From contig JASFYY010000118.1 of NCBI GenBank assembly GCA_045046875.1, forward strand, positions 1-64,000: DNA of 64,000 nt, given 5' to 3'. Under the pieces are notes generated by a model. It saw only the letters and a program-made list of their open reading frames with translations. It made no database searches and had not been told where the DNA came from. How positions within the stretch are numbered: the first letter of the stretch is position 1; every line of letters begins with the position of its first letter. The translations under genes were made by a program, and so were the position numbers. Below, piece after piece: positions 60,584 through 64,000 of this stretch. This stretch comes from Verrucomicrobiota bacterium. GTDB lineage: Bacteria; Verrucomicrobiota; Verrucomicrobiia; Verrucomicrobiales; DEV007.

Positions 60584-60723
60584 TTCTTCGCATCCTCCTT
60601 TTTCTTCCTCTTCAAGATCACCCAGATGGATGCCCCAATGATGATAGCAGGCAACAAAACTAGTATCCCAAAAACCATCGCAATCAACACCATTTCCTGT
60701 ATACCTATCGGCCCCATAAACAT
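60580..60723 (-). CDS. Small membrane protein (45-47 aa), not in the ORF track
   Basis: MFMGPIGIQEMVLIAMVFGILVLLPAIIIGASIWVILKRKKKEDAKK; AGGAG 6 nt before Met3 (60717); ATGA overlap with the next gene. Confidence 0.65.
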   Translation of the reverse strand: MFMGPIGIQEMVLIAMVFGILVLLPAIIIGASIWVILKRKKKEDAKK

Positions 60724-60730
60724 CTCCTAT

Positions 60731-63700
60731 TCATTCCCAAAGCACTTCCACCGCAGCTAGAGCCGTTTCCCCTTTCACGCTCGACAGCTTGATTTTTAGT
60801 TTGCCATCACTTTTGATAACGACGTCGAACTCCTCCATCACCACACCTTGGGGCCCCACCTCTTTAGCTATATCAAATGCCGACAAAACCTTTTCACCTT
60901 GCAGAGAAACATCAAAAACCCGCTTACCTTTTTTGATCTTCTCATCAAGCTCGGAAAAGTACAAACGCACTTTGGCCGCGCCATCCTTGTGATCCGTCAC
61001 AATCTCCAGCCGCTCCGCGCCCTCAAGCACCGAAGCCCCCAACCAATCAGGTGCCGCAAGTGAGCCCTTCATCAATGAGGCATGTTTCCTAACATAAACC
61101 ACCTTCTTCCCTTTAACTTCGATATCCAGCTTCGGCGAGACCCCGCCCACCACCGGGTAATCCAGGAACAAAGTTCCCGATGCAGAACGTCGATCCCCCG
61201 GCGCTCCAAAGTTAATTCCCAAACGACCGCTATCACGGCTTGCTCCATTGGTCCAAACTTCCGCTTCAGGCATGTGAATCAGCGCCAGTGACGTCTGGTT
61301 TTGATAGGAACACACACAGGTCCGGGTATAATCCGGAGCGTTAAGAATACCATCGGCGACGATCAGATTGGCCGTGCAACTGGATTTAAAGCCGCCAAAA
61401 TTCCCTGTCCCCGAATCACCGGCCATGTCAAAAAATCCCGCAGCTCCCGAACGGAAAGTCAGCAAGTTTTCACTGCCGATCGCTGTATTGCACCCGTAAG
61501 TCCGCGCGTATTGCCAACCGGTTTTGCGGCCACTGAAAAGCTCAACCGCAAAACCTCCGGTCCCGTTAGTGAGAATTTTATCCCGCCACAACAAACAAGG
61601 CCCATTGTATTCAATGTCAGCATCAAACCACAATACTTTGCCATCTTTCCCGCGCAGCACCATCATACCCTTGCCACTCTCATCAACTGCCCGATCGCGG
61701 AAAGCACTACCGGCTTGCAATAACAGCCCGTGCTGGGTGGAGTAGTTGAGAAAAGTTCCAAACACATCCTTCTCCCGCTCCCAAATCACTTCACCATTTT
61801 CCAAGTCCAATGCGTAAAGCATCGGTTTGCCAGTGAACTTCATCCCCCTGCGGGCCAGACTCGTTTCCTTCTGCTCGGTCAGACGATCAATGCAAAACAC
61901 CCGGTCTCCCGCCACTGCAATATTATTGTGACGAAAATTAAACTGCGCCTGCCTTTTCCACAACATCCGCCCGCTATGCCGGTCATACACCACCAGCAGG
62001 CGACTGCCCGAACCCTGGCCTGTCTTCAAAGTGCCTGTCCTATTTTTATCAGCCCCCTCCAAAGCCAGCGGCATGGCGGTAGCGATCAAATAATCCCCCG
62101 ATACCCGGATAGAGCCCCAGTCAGGCGATTTTGCCACTGGGTTTTTTTCTTTATCATTCGCCGCCAGTTGAAAATTTTTGACAACTTCTCCATCCACCGC
62201 GTTCAGCTCAAGAATCACATTGCCATTCATCGCATAAATTCGATCCGGCATGGAAACATAATTACTTCCCGTCTCACCAGCACCGGCGAAGTGATCGGTA
62301 CGATCAAAATATTCGCCAAAACCAGGGATCTTGCGTTCCCACATCACTCTTCCGCTATAAACATCCGTGGCGCGTAATAAATCCGGCCCTTCTATGATCA
62401 AACGCCCTCCAGCCACCTGCGGCGAGGGGCCATGCCCATGCCTTGGCAAAATCCCCGCATGCGATGCTCCGCCAAACCACAATACTCCGAAAGGAGCTTT
62501 CACTCTTTTGTCACGCGATACCAGAGTCTGTTCCACATTGCCATACTGGTGGGTCCAATTATCGCTATCAGGCAAAGCTCCCGCACGCACCAGAAAAGAC
62601 AACTCCCCCGAGCGCTTGACCTCCGCATTGGCAAACTTGTCACCACTGCTCACCATGCGACTCAAGGTTTTATGCCCGTCCTCCGAAGCTGGCAAGCAAA
62701 ACAGCCCTCCATAAGGGCGCAAAGCTTGGAACACTTGTGCAAGTCTCGTTCTCTTTTTCGCCAACAAGTTCACCAGTTTGTTATTTTCAGAGACAATCAA
62801 ATTACACAAATAAGTGGGCAAGCCTCCTTGAAAGATATCCCCTTCGATCACCGAGGCCCGCGAACCATACCAGCCCGCCGCTTGCATTTTTCTCCGGAAG
62901 GCTAACACCTTGCCCGCATCCGGCTCCAAGACCATCACGCGCAACTGCGACCGGTTTAACAATGCATCAATCATCTGACCCGAACCAATCCCCAAGACCA
63001 GGGCGTATCCCTCTCCAGCCCCTTGATGTTTGAGAATTTCCGTTACCTTGCCCGACCACTCTCCCTGCGTTTCCTTTGTGATATTTTTCTTTAGCAAAGG
63101 AATACGCTTCGCCGCACCACCTGCCGGATCGCCTTCACCAAAACAATACAATTTCCCCTCGTCGGTTACCACAAACAGACGCCCGTCTGCAGCCAACAAA
63201 CTTTGCGCCTCACCTTCTATTTTGCCACTCCAAACGGGTTTATTCTCCCCTGATTCATAAGCCGAAACCACTTTTGCTCCGCCAGTATAAAATCGGTCGC
63301 CCGCTCCCATCATCCAACGACCGGTGATCGCCTTGGCCAATTTATTCTGTTCTACTTTTTTATATTTAGGAGTCATTACCATCACTTCATTGCCACGGAA
63401 ATCTGTCTTTTTCTCTGCCACAATCTCTACCGCGGCAGAACGCGTCAGCATGCTATTGGGATCCGTCGCTAACATGCGCTTGTCATTAAAAACGGCTGGA
63501 GCTCCCCCACCAATTGCCAATCCATTTTTCATCGTAAAAGCCCGCGCCTCGGTGAACAACAATTCGCCCACGGCTCCCACCTGCGAGCCCCCCTCTTTTT
63601 TCCCTTCGGCAAAAGCAAAATTCAACTGCTTACCACCGCCCGCATCGTAAACTCCGGGAATCGAACGCCCGCCTGGAACGACTAACTTGCCTCCCGATGC

Positions 63701-64000
63701 CGCCAGATGCCCCTGAGGCACCAAGCCGGAAAATGCCACCGCCCCACCATGCGGTTGATTGATGTAGTTGCTGCCATCTCCGCTATTGGTCCAGATCACC
63801 TTGCCATCCTCCGGATCCACCGCGCGAATAAAAATGCCCATGAAAGGCCAGATGCTCGCCCCAAAATAAAGTTTACCCTGATGCAACACCACTCCGCCAC
63901 GCGCCGGCCAGGACGAGATCAAACGATGATTACCCAAAATCAACCGTCGCTGATCCGGTCCCCCTTTCACTTTCCATAACTGCTTTCCATTGTCCGCATT
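60731..64000 (-). CDS. Multi-domain PQQ-like propeller / SAM-methyltransferase-like / propeller / malectin-like protein (5' end outside window)
   Basis: SSWPARGG, LVLGIGSG, WTHQYGN, RTYGC...SSCTANLI, C-terminal VRLYFSE...GKRVFDVSLQG. Confidence 0.85.
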   Translation of the reverse strand, partial: NADNGKQLWKVKGGPDQRRLILGNHRLISSWPARGGVVLHQGKLYFGASIWPFMGIFIRAVDPEDGKVIWTNSGDGSNYINQPHGGAVAFSGLVPQGHLAASGGKLVVPGGRSIPGVYDAGGGKQLNFAFAEGKKEGGSQVGAVGELLFTEARAFTMKNGLAIGGGAPAVFNDKRMLATDPNSMLTRSAAVEIVAEKKTDFRGNEVMVMTPKYKKVEQNKLAKAITGRWMMGAGDRFYTGGAKVVSAYESGENKPVWSGKIEGEAQSLLAADGRLFVVTDEGKLYCFGEGDPAGGAAKRIPLLKKNITKETQGEWSGKVTEILKHQGAGEGYALVLGIGSGQMIDALLNRSQLRVMVLEPDAGKVLAFRRKMQAAGWYGSRASVIEGDIFQGGLPTYLCNLIVSENNKLVNLLAKKRTRLAQVFQALRPYGGLFCLPASEDGHKTLSRMVSSGDKFANAEVKRSGELSFLVRAGALPDSDNWTHQYGNVEQTLVSRDKRVKAPFGVLWFGGASHAGILPRHGHGPSPQVAGGRLIIEGPDLLRATDVYSGRVMWERKIPGFGEYFDRTDHFAGAGETGSNYVSMPDRIYAMNGNVILELNAVDGEVVKNFQLAANDKEKNPVAKSPDWGSIRVSGDYLIATAMPLALEGADKNRTGTLKTGQGSGSRLLVVYDRHSGRMLWKRQAQFNFRHNNIAVAGDRVFCIDRLTEQKETSLARRGMKFTGKPMLYALDLENGEVIWEREKDVFGTFLNYSTQHGLLLQAGSAFRDRAVDESGKGMMVLRGKDGKVLWFDADIEYNGPCLLWRDKILTNGTGGFAVELFSGRKTGWQYARTYGCNTAIGSENLLTFRSGAAGFFDMAGDSGTGNFGGFKSSCTANLIVADGILNAPDYTRTCVCSYQNQTSLALIHMPEAEVWTNGASRDSGRLGINFGAPGDRRSASGTLFLDYPVVGGVSPKLDIEVKGKKVVYVRKHASLMKGSLAAPDWLGASVLEGAERLEIVTDHKDGAAKVRLYFSELDEKIKKGKRVFDVSLQGEKVLSAFDIAKEVGPQGVVMEEFDVVIKSDGKLKIKLSSVKGETALAAVEVLWE

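Overview
Chromosomal segment of a PVC-superphylum bacterium, most likely Verrucomicrobiota. This is inferred from the gene content: DUF1549/1553+DUF1501 pairs, a DUF1592+DUF1552 pair, a PVC-type CxxCH dehydrogenase and ThuA proteins. The + strand is C-rich through most of the window. About 50 CDS are present, including dgoK, a rimK operon, gmd-fcl, an ECF sigma cluster, folB, dciA, a ferredoxin, thiG, rodA, pfp and an M60 peptidase, plus tRNA-Val(CAC) and a decayed IS4 remnant. The stand-out is a three-gene defence cassette at 49469-54756 (- strand). It encodes a nuclease-N6-methyltransferase fusion, a two-TRD specificity subunit fused in frame to an AbiEi-like (DUF6577-like) antitoxin, and an AbiEii-type nucleotidyltransferase toxin. 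The junction between the first two genes has a G_GGA_AAA slippery heptamer, a 5-nt spacer and a 14-bp hairpin. This suggests a -1 programmed frameshift producing an R-M-S-antitoxin polyprotein. A 16-bp perfect inverted repeat lies upstream of the operon. All family assignments come from motif recognition by eye; no database searches were run.
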